Assembly: GCA_001179505.1 (NCBI GenBank)
Contig: CDMY01000840.1
Location: forward strand, 62,001-126,000
Direction: 5' to 3'
Origin: Vitrella brassicaformis CCMP3155
Taxonomy: Eukaryota > Protista > Chromerida
DNA length: 64,000 nt
The notes below the pieces were generated by a model that saw only the letters and a list, made by a program, of their open reading frames with translations, was not told where the DNA came from and ran no database searches. Of the stretch, positions 40,748 to 55,288 are shown one piece after another. A program made the position numbers and the translations under genes. The stretch's first letter is position 1. Each line of letters begins with the position of its first letter.

Positions 40748-41935
40748 TCAGGCCTGTCTTATGCTACCCACCTGCATTTCGCCCTCATCGAGGTATGGTA
40801 GGCGAAACTTGAGCTCCTTGCGCCTGCGACCACTCTCGTCGGCTTCCACGACAACCACCCACTGCTCGATGTCGCCATATCGTCTGTTGGCGACCGCATG
40901 CCACACGCCTGGTACGTCACTGTGGCGCTGCACTGCAGACACGACCAGAGACAACCACACATGTTGGTGACACCATTTTCTCTCGTGCGGTGCAAACCTT
41001 CGATGACGCCCTCGACCATCTTCTTGTACTGCTGATGGGTCTCGAACAGGGCTGCGCCGACCAGACAGACCTGCAGCACCGATGAGGCGACAGCCTGCAC
41101 ACACAGAGAGATGATTGCAGGTCAAACGCCCGGACCGGCGCACCCACCGCTTGCTCGTCGGGCATCTGGTCGATGTAGGCGTCGTCCATGTTGACGGCTC
41201 CCTCGAACAGTGGGCTGGACACGACCTGCATGAACGTGAGACCACATGACACCCACGCACACAACCCCACACACTTAAAGCGTCGCCGGCACTTACAGTA
41301 GAGACAGCGCCGGGTGACAGGGCCTCCTCAGTCATCACACGCGCGTCGACCACGTCGGCCATACGTTGAGCACTGTCAACATCCACACAGACACACACAT
41401 TCATGTCGAGTGTGTGCGTCAAGCCGTGTGCGTGTCTCGGCTGACATGCGGCTGAGGCTGCCAGTGGAGGTCCACTCTGCCCTGATCAGGTAGCTCCAGT
41501 CATCCTGCGGCAGCATGGACTTGATCTCCTGGTACGTTGACTTGATGGAGTTGGCGACACGGATGGCCTCGGTCCAGGCGAACAGGTTCTCTGTGTGTGT
41601 GTGCATCAGCTGGGACGAGAGGTTGGGCAGACCGGTCACACAAACGCAGGAATGTGCGTCAAACTGAAGACACACAGTGCATTGTCATGTCATGTCTCTG
41701 TGTGTATGTGTCTCTATCTCTCTGCAGTGAGTGCTGTGCCTCTGTCTCTCTGACTGTCACTGCATACCTCGAGTCGCCGCTTTTTGCTTTGCTTGACGCC
41801 AGAGTCGAGTTGCGTCACGGGCGAAATGTTGGAGACAATCAACTTGACGCAGTCGTTGCATTCGCCCCACCACTCATGTCTGCCGAGGAAGCGGTCAGCC
41901 TCGAAGTCACCGGCACCGAAGTGATGGTACTGCAT
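40748..41935 (-). CDS. Hypothetical multi-exon protein; both ends uncertain
   Basis: Several exons with coding codon bias bounded by GT-AG and microsatellite introns (MQYHHFG..., ENLFAWTEAIR..., LKFRLPYLDEG). No recognisable domain. Confidence 0.55.
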
Positions 41936-42341
41936 GTCGTTTCTCACTCACAATCCGTCAATTGTCAACTCGCCGATAAGCTGACTTGCTGACTCTGTGC
42001 ACTTGTGTACAGACAGGGATGTGTGTACATAAGTGTCAACCACGGCGGTTTGTACATGCACAGCAAGCTGAGAACGGCTGTCCGGCGGCCATGTATGTAC
42101 ATATTTGCGAATTTTTCCAAGGGGCTTTGAGGGCTCATGGAGGCCACCACGACACGTGTGAAGATGCATTAAATGACCACCATTCACTTCAGACTCTTCA
42201 CAGTCTTGCATATCATCATCCATGAACCATCGATAATGGGTGACGACGCACAGACGCAGAGAGATAGGAAAGATCTTTGCACACACCGCGAGCTCAAGCT
42301 CGCGGAGGCTGAGGTCGCCGATCTGGCAGTAACTCATCGCC

Positions 42342-43321
42342 ATGGCAAACCTTGAAGATGGTGAGATTGTGGGTGATGGAGAAGAAGGTGAGATCGTGGA
42401 TGAGGTCATGGGCATCGCGGACGACGAGAAAGACTCCCTCAAAAGCAGGCTCAAGACGGTCACCGATGAGCTTGTCGCCGCGAAGATGCGGATCTCCCAC
42501 GTCGAGCACGAGAACGACATGCTGAAGAAGAACATGAAGAAAGCCGTCAAGGAGGTCTTCCCGCTCGCTCCCACCGCAATTCGCGGCACTCGTGCGCTGC
42601 GAGGGGGTGGTGGTGCAGTTGGTGTCGTCGACCCAAAGGACTTCGTGGACGTTCACTGGGATGTGGGTGATCCACCGGCACTCATCATCTCAGACGTGAG
42701 CTGACCGACTCTGACAGACAAGGGAGAGCTGACCGTCAGCCAAGTCTCGGGTGTGCCGGTGTGTGTGTGTGACTCAGGCCACCGGATACGCGGTTGATTT
42801 CCAACAGCAGATGTCCCAAGGCACGAAGGTGATGGCAGAGTACATAGTCGACAAGTTCAGGTGGCCACTCAGTCAAGGGACCAAAGTGGTAAGCGAGTTA
42901 ATGGGAGTCATACGTGTACACCAGTGTATGTGTTCCTGTGTTCTCTCTGCCAGGCGCTCGTTAACGACGGCAACCCATCGCTCGCCAAACCGCGCAGATG
43001 CTCATACAAGAAACTGGCGAATTGGCTGTTCACTCTACGAAAGGTGCGCATCGCCACGTATTGCGACTTCGACGGTGAGGTCAGCGGGGATGTCTCCAAT
43101 TGATGTGTGCAGCAACTACCGGGGGTCCTGGAGCGGTGTGGTTACCCTAAGGACTCCGTCAAGGTACTCATCGGCCCTGGAGAGGGAGAACACCAGTGTC
43201 AGTGGATCCTTCGATATTGCCTGGTCAGCACACAGAGGCGGCATCCACTCTTGTGCGCACTCACACACACACACACACACACACTCACACACACGTATGT
43301 GGATGGGAGGGTTTGTGTTTG

Positions 43322-43359
<38 letters not shown>

Positions 43360-44836
43360 TGTGTGTCATGCACAGACACATGGACGTTTCCCGCCGACCG
43401 AGGGCATCCACTGGCAGCTCCCGACGTTGTCATCCTTGAACATCATCTACGACACACCTGACACCGACAACATGATCCACGGAGATGCACAATTTGTACG
43501 GAGAGATGGACTGTGCTGCAAGCGGTCAACATGTGCCTTGTGTGTGTGGTACAGGTGGACTTCGGCATGTGGCACGGCAAGACCGCTCGGCTCACTCGCA
43601 AAAAGATGCTTCAGAGGACGAAGAAACAGTTTGACACTCGACGCAGTCATGCACAGACACATGGACGTTTCCCGCCGACCGAGGGCATCCACTGGCAGCT
43701 CCCGGCGTTGTCATCCTTGAACATCATCTACGACACACCTGACACTGACAACATGATCCACGGAGATGCACAATTTGTACGGAGAGATGGACTGTGCTGC
43801 AAGCGGTCAACATGTGCCTTGTGTGTGTGGTACAGGTGGACTTTGGCATGTGGCACGGCAAGACCGCTCGGCTCACTCGCAAAAAGATGCTTCAGAGGAC
43901 GAAGAAACAGTTTGACACTCGACGCATCGGTGAGCCTGTCAGACACACACACACACGCAACACAGACGAGAGAGGAGACAGACGTGTGTGTTTGTTGTGT
44001 GTATGCGTGTGGGTGTGTGTGTGTGTGTCTGTCGCTCTCACTGCACCAGATGTCTACCGAACGATCTCGATTCTGCTGGCGGTGCAAGGCAGCAAGTACC
44101 TGCCCCGCATCCAACCCAGGCTGTCATACAAGCGCATCGTCAAGGAGGTCACACGGCTGGCAGAGCAGCACTCGGGCCTACAGGTTAGACAATGCGGCCA
44201 ACACGCATCGTGTATTTGATGCATGTCTGTGCGCATGTGTGCAGCTGCTCCTGGCGGCCATCGATGCGCTGTGGAGCGACGGCAAGAAGCCTTCTGGGTG
44301 GAACAAGACCAAGTTTCGCAGCACCAAGGCCGACTACAAGCGCATCGCCAAGCACGTCTACGAGCTGCCGCTAAAGGTGTTTGACAGACGTAGCAAGACT
44401 CTCTGGGTGTGTCAATGTGTGTGCCCATGTATCACAGGCGCCCGTGTACAAGACCCGTCACACCTTCGACGGCCGAGTGGCTGGCAAGGTTCGCCCCTTC
44501 TCGGACGACATGCACCAACGTACGCCGATTCATGTCGACACGAACACAGCACCACATCGGTGTTCACCCATGTGATGGTTGGTTGCTACAGAGTATGCGT
44601 ATGAGAACGACAACACATGGAGTGACACCTACATCGCCAACACAACATTCTCGATGGGCAAACCCTTCAGCGGCTCGGGGTGGACCGACATGGACGGTCT
44701 GGCGATGATGCTCGAGGATGATGATGAGGATGATGATGAATACGTAGAGGGGAGCGATGAGTCAGGCGATGAGTCGGGCGATGAGTCACTCCATGAGTCA
44801 GGCGATGAGTCAGGCGATATGGATGTAGATAGGTGA
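42342..44836 (+). CDS. Divergent 5'-nuclease (PIN fold, FEN1/XPG-XRN-like) with an N-terminal coiled coil and acidic tail
   Basis: Ordered motifs YCDFDG, GPGEGEHQC, YDTPDTDNMIHG and ISILLAVQGSKYLPRIQP..SYKRIV; C-terminal (SGDE)n. Confidence 0.55.
43365..43926 (+). repeat. 281-bp direct tandem duplication (43365-43645 / 43646-43926) covering two exons and one intron
   Basis: The copies differ at 3 positions: acg/gcg, acc/act and ttc/ttt. Confidence 0.95.
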
Positions 44837-44934
44837 GCCAAGCCGTCGTACCTTTTGATCGGATGTAGACCAATCGCACGGTGATACATGAGGGATTGAA
44901 TGATTTACTGACCGATCGTCACTCAGCCGAAGCC

Positions 44935-46740
44935 TCACACCTCTGTGATGAGGGCGAGCAGGAGCAGGAGGACCCCGCCGACAAACACGAAGGGGTACAC
45001 CAAAGTGAACTAACACACGCAGAGACATCCATCCACAGCCATCCATAGACACACAGGTGGGTGAGGGTCAACTTGTGTGTGTCCTCACCGTCGTCGGTGC
45101 TTTGTGGTGCGCTTCTTCGGGTTCGGCGTGTGCCTCCTCCTCGACGTATGGCGGGGGCATCACCTCGACCTCATGGTCTTCCTCCTTCTTTGCCGCCTCC
45201 TTGGCAGCCGCCTCCTCGTCACACACCTCTGCACACACCGACAGACACAGACACACAGACACACACATGCATCACACAAGTATGGCGTCTGCATGGATGG
45301 CGTGTGTTGGTGATATGTTACCCGACCTGATGGCTTCTTGTCTTCCTCTTCTGGTGATGGTGGAACGGCCATGAAGTGAGCGGCTGATGCCTTGTGCGCG
45401 CGGGCCATGTCAATGTCCTTCTGCGCCTCGAGGCGGGCAGCCGCCCTCTCTGCGATTTACTGCTTCGCGAAGCCACACGCCTCGGCTTGGATCTCCTTGG
45501 CCTCCGCCACCTGACATGCACACAGAGAGAGATATCCACTGCATGGGCGTGTCTCGTTCTCTCATGCACCGCCCGCCCGACCATTTGTGCCTTTGCTCGC
45601 TTCATGGCTGTCTTGACTGCCTGTCGCTGGTCCTCGTGGGCCTTGTGCATCAGCTCTGCACACATGCCGCCCAACACACATGTCATGGATGGACATGTGG
45701 ATGGATGCATGGGTGCAGTTTAGACCTTTTGCCTTGAGGGCCTGCTCGGTCATGTGTTTGCTGTGGGCGACGTGCTCACTCAGCTTCGACAGCGTCCTCT
45801 CGCTGGCCATCTCCTCGTTGACCTTTGCATGCTCGCTCGCCTCCATGTCCGCAGACAAACTCTGAACAGACACATAGACACAGAGATACACAGACAGTGG
45901 TGGGATGGGTTGGTCACTTTCTGTGGCATTTGTGGCCTCTTTGGCTTGTTGGATGGCCTCGTCTTCAGCCGCCCTCTCGGCCTCGTGTACCTGTGTGTGC
46001 GTGTGACACAACAAACAGTCACAGTAATGGATGAATTGTAAAGTGACTACCGCAGCGTCGATCTTCTCCAGCTCCTCGTCTGCATGGACACACACAAAGT
46101 GATGCAAGAGCGGCGCCTCATTTCATGCAGACGAGGTGTGTTACCCTTTTCCTTCTGCAGACGCTTTGCGCGTTTGTCGTTGCGTTTGAGGTTCTTCTCC
46201 TCTTCGCGACCTTCACGCTTGGCCTCCTCGCTTGCCTTCATGCATGAATGCAAGACACATGAGCCAATCAACATTTCTGCAAGGCGACTGACCTTTGTCT
46301 GTGCGATCTTTTCGTCGAGTGGCTCTGTGGACGCCGCCTTCATCGACTCAGGCTCGACATCGGCCGCCTCCTCCTCACGCTAATCAGTCGATTGATCCAA
46401 AGAAACAAAAATCACACGACGTGAGCGGCTCTGTGTATTTGTGTTGTGTCACTTGGGCTTGGACGGCTTTGGCGATGATGCTGTGCAAATCGTCAACAGC
46501 CTGCAGACGACAGGCAGACACATGATCGAGTGAGTTGTCTGCCTGTCGGTCTTCCTCTCTTGACTCACTCACCTTGCCGAGTTGGTTGATTTGCTTGCGG
46601 AGGCTGGCCACCTTTCCGTCTGGCTCGGCCGAGGCGTCGGCGTTGCTGTGTGAGTGAGCCGCCAGGAAGAACCTGCCATGGGCGGGGCTCGTGACAGACA
46701 GCACAGCAATGAAGACAAGCAAGGCGCGACTCATGGCCAT
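44935..46740 (-). CDS. Signal peptide + Glu/Lys/Ala-rich coiled coil + C-terminal TM protein, interrupted by an in-frame TAA at 45457-45459 (possible pseudogene)
   Basis: MAMSRALLVFIAVLSV...; many short coiled-coil exons; ...GFAKQ*IAERAAARLEAQKDID...; last exon FTLVYPFVFVGGVLLLLLALITEV-stop. Confidence 0.65.
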
Positions 46741-47110
46741 GTGGTCGATGATTTGATTGATGGGATGGATAGTCAGTGAGTGAGTGGTCGATCAATCAAT
46801 GATCGATGAGAGCTGCCTGTCTGTCTGCCTGCCTGTCAGTTGACGTTTGTGTGTTTGTGAGAGTACATACATGTGTATGCATGAACGTATGCGATCCATT
46901 CGATCGTACATATTGTACACTGAGTGTTCACACCACTGTCGGTCAGTGTCATTCATTCATTCATTCAGCTGTACAGTGAGTGCAACACGGTCACGAAGAC
47001 AAAGAACACACTGACACTCTCTCTGCCAAAAGATCTCTCACCATGCACAGCATCCGGCGGCCTGCCTGCCTGCCTGCCTGCGTCCACCGGTCATTCTGCT
47101 TTGACTATCA

Positions 47111-47538
47111 TTATTTGTCCTTGGATCTCAGCTTCCTGGTGACGGCCTTCCCTTCCCTGTCAAACTGCTCAAAAGCCTTGGCGGTCTCCTCCGTCTTGTC
47201 CGCCTGCCTTGAAGCGATGAGCGCCTCGCTCATCTGGTACACGAACCTGCAATCACGACACACACAGAAAGAGGCAGATCAGATCACACATGTGGCTGAC
47301 ATGTAAGCTGTGTACAGCACCTGCCAGGCCAGAAGCCAGGGAAGCGGAATTGCGTCTGCATGTACTGGTTGGGCATCAGCGGCATCACGTGGAAGCGTTG
47401 ATAGAACCACTCCCGCCGCCTCTTCCAGTGGCCGTCCAGGGCGTCATAGAACTGCACCAGCCGCTTCTTACGCGCCACCTGGATGGTCCCGCGCTTCTTC
47501 GGCACCGCCAGCCTCGCAGGCGACAGCCGCAAGGCCAT
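47111..47538 (-). CDS. Small basic protein, possibly mitochondrial ribosomal protein bL32m (2 exons)
   Basis: MALRLSPARL-AVPKKRGTIQVARKKR resembles a transit peptide plus the bL32 AVPK start; in-frame splice to FVYQMS...RSKDK-TAA. Confidence 0.5.
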
Positions 47539-47832
47539 GCTCGTTGCATATGTGCGTTTGCCGGCGCCTCTCTGCTCCTCACTGCTGCCTCGTCAGCGTG
47601 CGCCAAGCAGAAATGCTCCCGGCTCAGTGCGAGCTCATTCGAACTGAGCTCGCAGACGATCGCTGCCGCCGACCGTTCGAGTTCCTGCTTCTCCAGCATC
47701 TTCGGAGGCCTTGGCTCATCGGCATTAGAGATATCGTGAAGTGATCCATTGGAAATCCTGAGTCAGCAGGGAAGACGGCCCGTCTCTTCGTCCCGGTTCC
47801 GGCAGCGGCCTCCCTCGCCCTTGCCTTCGCCA

Positions 47833-48803
47833 ATGAGCCACAAACTGTGGCAGAAGTTCGCAGCCGAGCTTTTTGGCACGTATGCACTGATGCTCACCAT
47901 AGGTAAGTAAGACGGGGCATACAGACAAGAGACTTCACCTTCATCCTGGGTCAACTGTGTGGATATGCGACTGGTCAACTGCAGGGCTGAATGCAGTCCA
48001 AGCCAATCCATTGGGGCCTATCGCTGTGGGCGCCATTTTGATGAACATGATCTACATGTTCGGCTCGGTCTCAAGTAAGCCTCACCCAATATGCTGCCAT
48101 CGATATCGCCCCTTTTCTGTTCGTGTCAGGGGCGCAATTCAATCCCTCGGTGACGCTGGCGTTCCTGACGCTGGGCCGGAAGCTTATCACTGCCCACGAG
48201 GCTCTGTGGATATGGCTGGCAGAGTACCTCGGCGCATCCCTCGCCGCCGTCACCTTCTACCTCCTCACACTCAAGCCCGGCTCGGTGCCTCTGTTTGAGT
48301 TCAATGGCGCGTCCGCATGCTTTGAGGTCATCTGGACGGCAATCCTTGTGCTGGTCATCCTCAACATCAACACGTGCCAGGCCGACTCGAAGCTCAGCGG
48401 CGGCTTCTTCAATGGCGGTGTGATCGCCCTCACGGTCGTGGCAGCGGCGTACTCGGCAGGTCAGTGAGAGAAAGAGTGCATCAATTCCTTGCCCGTGCCT
48501 TATGGATGTGCTTGTGGTGTGGCGCGTGCAGGCTCGATCGCACCGGCATATCTGAACCCCTGTGTGACCTTCGGCATCGCTGTGGCCCACCTGATCGGCA
48601 CCGGAGGCACTGACGCCACCGCCACGCGGCTGTTCGGCTTCATGGCTGTGCAATTCGCGGCTTCTATCCTGGCGGTGTTCATCTTCCCGTTCACCAATGG
48701 TGCTCGCGAGCTGAAGGCAGAGCCGCTTCAGGCTGAGAAGCAAGAGAAAGAGGTCACTGGAACGGAAAAAGAGAGGTTGCTAGAAAAAGTTGTTTCTGGT
48801 TAG
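47833..48803 (+). CDS. Aquaporin/MIP family channel with atypical NPS and NPC boxes
   Basis: KFAAELFGT, FNPSVTLA, AEYLGA, FEVIWTAILVLVIL, LNPCVTFG and AVQFAASILA; six TM segments over 4 exons. Confidence 0.9.
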
Positions 48804-49414
48804 TATTAGCGAGGCGACAGACAGACAGGCACGCTGGGAGAGATACGACGGGTGAATGAGTGTCTGACTGCATGTGGGAGCATGTGTATAATTCCGATCG
48901 ATTCGTGTGGACCGAAAGATGACACGTGGCGATGAATACAATACAAGTGAGTGGATGCAAACGGTAGGCAAATATTTTCTGGGATGAGTCTTTATTAAAT
49001 GCGCTATCAATCACCTCCTTCGCACAGACAGTTTTCGCACAGACGAGTACCTGTATGGCAAACAAAGACTGACAGACGCAAATACACATCTGCGCGTGTC
49101 ATGGATAGAGAGACAGACAGATGAAAACACCAACGAGCCCTGTCCCTCTCCATGTATGAATCTCTTTTTCTGATCGAGTGCATTTGAGCTTTAATCGTAT
49201 GTGTGCGTCTGAGTATTGAGTATCTGTCTGTGTATGCATGTAAGTGATGACATGAGGGATTGACAAGTGTAGTGTGAGATCAAATCGATTGAATCACATG
49301 AGACTATCGGTGTCTGCCTGCGTGTCTGCCCTCGAGATAATGGAGTTTATCATGACACATAGACAGGCAGACAGGCATTAGCGTGCGACGATAATGCCGA
49401 CTGACTGACACCCA

Positions 49415-49918
49415 TCAGAGCCACGCCAGCCATTCGTTCACACAGCAGCAGCAGCTAGTCCACACGCTGAGCGGTGGGCGATGTGTCCTGAAGAACAAAC
49501 CGAGCGGCGACAGAGATGAATGACGACAGCAGCACCCAACTTGAGATGCCCTCCTGACAACACACACACACACACAACACACTCTGAGCCACGTGCAGGT
49601 GGCCCTCAGCCGCACGACGTCCTTGACGCTGAGGAGGTAGCGGCTCCTCCGGCCGACACACAGGTTTGACACGGGGTGCTGCTGCTGCTGCTCCTGGTGC
49701 TGCATGAGATGGATGGGCCAAGACGGTCACATGAGTGAGGCGCTCGACGAGAGGCTGCACAGAGCGACAGAGCCGACAGAGGATTGTGTGCATCAAGCAT
49801 GCTGCTCACAGATCTGTGTGCTGCTCACCTCGTCCGATGCTCAGATGGACAGATCAGACAGAGGTCAATGAGTCAACACCACCAGCACCAGCACCAGCGG
49901 CAGATGAGGAGGCCGCCA
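49415..49918 (-). pseudogene. Degraded fragment resembling a lineage-expanded F-box-like family
   Basis: MAASSSAAGAG... is followed by an early stop; out-of-frame pieces QPLVERLTHVTV and YLLSVKDVVRLRATCTWLR. The family assignment is from recall only. Confidence 0.4.
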
Positions 49919-50389
49919 TCGCTCCTCAGCCACACTGCACCGATGGGCTGACAGACCCACAGAGAGAGAGGCACACAGACAGACAGACAGACAGAGAGGC
50001 CAACGCATTCATTGAAGGGAGTGGATGAGCGCATCAGTCAGTGAGTGAGTGAGTCAGTGAGTGTTGGGCCTCCCTCACGTCTGTCAGCTCAACGGCCCGC
50101 CACCGCGCAGCAGTCGAGAGGACGACTGACTCGAGTGACTCTTCTCGCCCTCTTGTCGGCCGAGTGCCTCACTCCCACAACGCACAGCTGTCCGACAAGG
50201 CGCACAAAACGCCGCCTCGGGACTAAGGCTACAGGGTAACAAATCCTTTGACCCCTCGAAGCCCTTCGGCTCGCAGCCCTCTTGAGGGTTTCGGCGTGAG
50301 ATGAAAAAGAGGCGTCATCTGCCTTCGTTTATGCTGGGATCTTGCAGATCTTGACTGTTTTGGCGCTGATCATACACAGCTCTTCGACA

Positions 50390-52753
<2,364 letters not shown>

Positions 52754-53837
52754 ACTGGCTGGCTGTCTGGCCTACGGCCGTCTGGATGGATGGATGGATG
52801 GATGCATCGGGTGGTGGGGGGCGGGTGGGTGTGCAGCTGTGGTGCCTCTTTTTCACTCAGTGGCCATAAATGACACACAGAGACACAGACGGACAAGAGC
52901 CTTCGTGTGTGCGCGGAGACTGATGGCAAGTATCATCTGGTACTTCTGCGTGTCGTCTAGTCACATGTCAGACGGGAGAGGCCCACAGCAATTATCAGAA
53001 AGAGCACAAAGCAGACTTCCGTTGAGCAGAAAGCAGACCAGTCCACGTACATTATCGAATGTGCTCGCACGAAGACAAACTGAACAGACAACGCAGCCTT
53101 ACGCAAGTCAACCAACGATTCGACCAACGCTGCAGCGGATTGAGGCGACAAGTCTCTTGAGCGCTTGTCGAGGATCGGTTGTGTCTCTTGCATGTGACTC
53201 GTCGATACACAAGTGAAGTGCTGGTTTGAGCGCGTGACTTTCCTCGATATCATGATTATTCAGTGTTCTCATCCCCTTGTAGGATGTCAGTGTGTCCCGC
53301 CCACAATGAATCGTCACGGCTCACACCCGTACACATACACGTATGCCTGGCGACCTGTCAACGGCTCACTGTTTCGGAGCCATATTCCAGGACCGGCCAC
53401 ACACCACACATCACGACACAAGACAGCACGACAAACATTCAGCACACGAACTATCCCTCTTGCACTGGGACAGTGTACTACCGCCAGCGTCTCCCGGCTA
53501 TGCCGCTACCGGCTACACGAGAAAGACAACACGAACCGCTACTGTGTGATGCTGCCGACACCTCGTAACATGTCGGGAAGCCCCTGCCCGCCCGCCCACG
53601 TGCACACAATCAGCACGCACACAGACAGCTACCCATTTGTTCGTCCGTATGCCATCCCATCCCGCCTACACGCCATACATCACCACAGAACACCACGTCA
53701 ATTAGTCACTCACGAGTGAATTTGTGTGCACGGCGAGCCGAACCCCACCAAAGAAAGCAAAAGGATGCAAGGAACAGGACAAACCGGAAACGTAAAAGGG
53801 AAGGAGATAAAAGAAGCGAACCCCCCCCCCCCCCCCC

Positions 53838-54137
53838 NNNNNNNNNNNNNNNNNNNNNNNNNNNNNNNNNNNNNNNNNNNNNNNNNNNNNNNNNNNNNNN
53901 NNNNNNNNNNNNNNNNNNNNNNNNNNNNNNNNNNNNNNNNNNNNNNNNNNNNNNNNNNNNNNNNNNNNNNNNNNNNNNNNNNNNNNNNNNNNNNNNNNNN
54001 NNNNNNNNNNNNNNNNNNNNNNNNNNNNNNNNNNNNNNNNNNNNNNNNNNNNNNNNNNNNNNNNNNNNNNNNNNNNNNNNNNNNNNNNNNNNNNNNNNNN
54101 NNNNNNNNNNNNNNNNNNNNNNNNNNNNNNNNNNNNN
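53838..54137. other. Assembly gap (300 N)
   Basis: Run of N flanked on both sides by GAA + poly-C. Confidence 0.99.
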
Positions 54138-54494
54138 GAACCCCCCCCCCCCCCACATGAACGACTATGGCTCGTCGAGAAAAAGATACTCGTACGATGG
54201 AATCCCGCGCACACACACGCGCTCTCGCAAAAGTCACACGGGCTACTGTAAGTCTGCCGGCTGGTCAATACGTGTTGACGTTCATTTACACACTGCAATG
54301 GTGCGGATACGCACAAAGAAGAAATTAGATGAGAACACGTTTGTGGACGTATGTGTTCACCTGCTCTGTAGGCGCAGGTGCTTATGAAGCCTGCGCTGGC
54401 GACGTCGGAGCAGGAATTGCCGCTAGTAGACCTGCACGGACATAGCCAGCATGCACACGCTCGTGAGCACCACATGTTTGGGTGTGATTCGTGT

Positions 54495-55288
54495 TCACCA
54501 GGCCTCAGGGGTGTTGTTGTTGTGGCAGGAGACTTCCATGCGCTCGCATTCGCTCCACCCGTGACTAGTGCACGCAGCGTCGCCCGACAAGCGGATGGGG
54601 TTCCACTCGGCCCCGGGGCTCAGGTCCGTCACACACGCAAATTTGTGGATGTCGTCCTCAGTCTTCGGGGTTTTTTCCACCATGCAGACGTAGAGGTCGT
54701 CATCGCATTCACTGTTTCCACTGTCGCACCTGTCGTCATCGCAACTGCATACATGCACACATCAAGAGAGAAAGCGACAGGTCAGTAAAGCATCAAACAG
54801 CTCAACTCAGCTCATCTTGCTGTTCTTCCCCACTCGTCTGAGCAACAATCGTTGTTGAAGTTGCATCGGTGTCCGTGGGGGGCAAGCGTATCTGTTGGCC
54901 AACACCATCCATTGACACAGTTGTCGGAATCGCAATCACTGGTCGACGAGCAACTCTCTCCAATTGCAGCGGACAACCTCCGAACAGCAGCAGTGGCATT
55001 GCGCTGTGTGCACAGATCAGATGCAGAGTCAGTTTCAGATGTAAACTCAGCTTCAGCCTCAGAGTTGAGTGCGCGTCGTACCTCGTTAGCGCCCCTCAGA
55101 TGAGGGCTCTCAGGGTGCTCAGGGTGCATGGACACCTCCCCAGTCTGCACAGAGAAGAAGGACAGATCAGACTGATCATCAGCACCGGCGCTGACTAGCC
55201 TCCATCATGAGCCTACATCACGAGCGGGAGCACCCTGACCCACCACCACCAGGAAAAGTGCCGCGAAGACGACAAGCAGGCGAGCCAT
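54495..55288 (-). CDS. Small secreted cysteine-rich protein
   Basis: Signal peptide MARLLVVFAALFLVVVGQG; VRRLS; CSSTSDCDSDNCVNGWC, CNFNNDCC and further Cys-rich last exon. Confidence 0.6.

Noticed and set aside
40367-40770. Short tandem repeats as possible CRISPR or element termini
   Set aside because: No unique spacers, eukaryotic context, and no matching inverted terminus found on the other side of the nuclease cassette.
44755-44820. GAGTCAGGCGAT repeats
   Set aside because: Explained as the coding (SGDE)n acidic tail.
47540-47830. 104-aa minus-strand ORF (MLEKQELER...)
   Set aside because: It lies in the spacer between two divergent starts, overlaps the bL32-like gene in another frame and has no recognisable motif.
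52760-54400. Assorted ORFs around the second gap
   Set aside because: No codon bias or motifs; their lengths are inflated by Ns.
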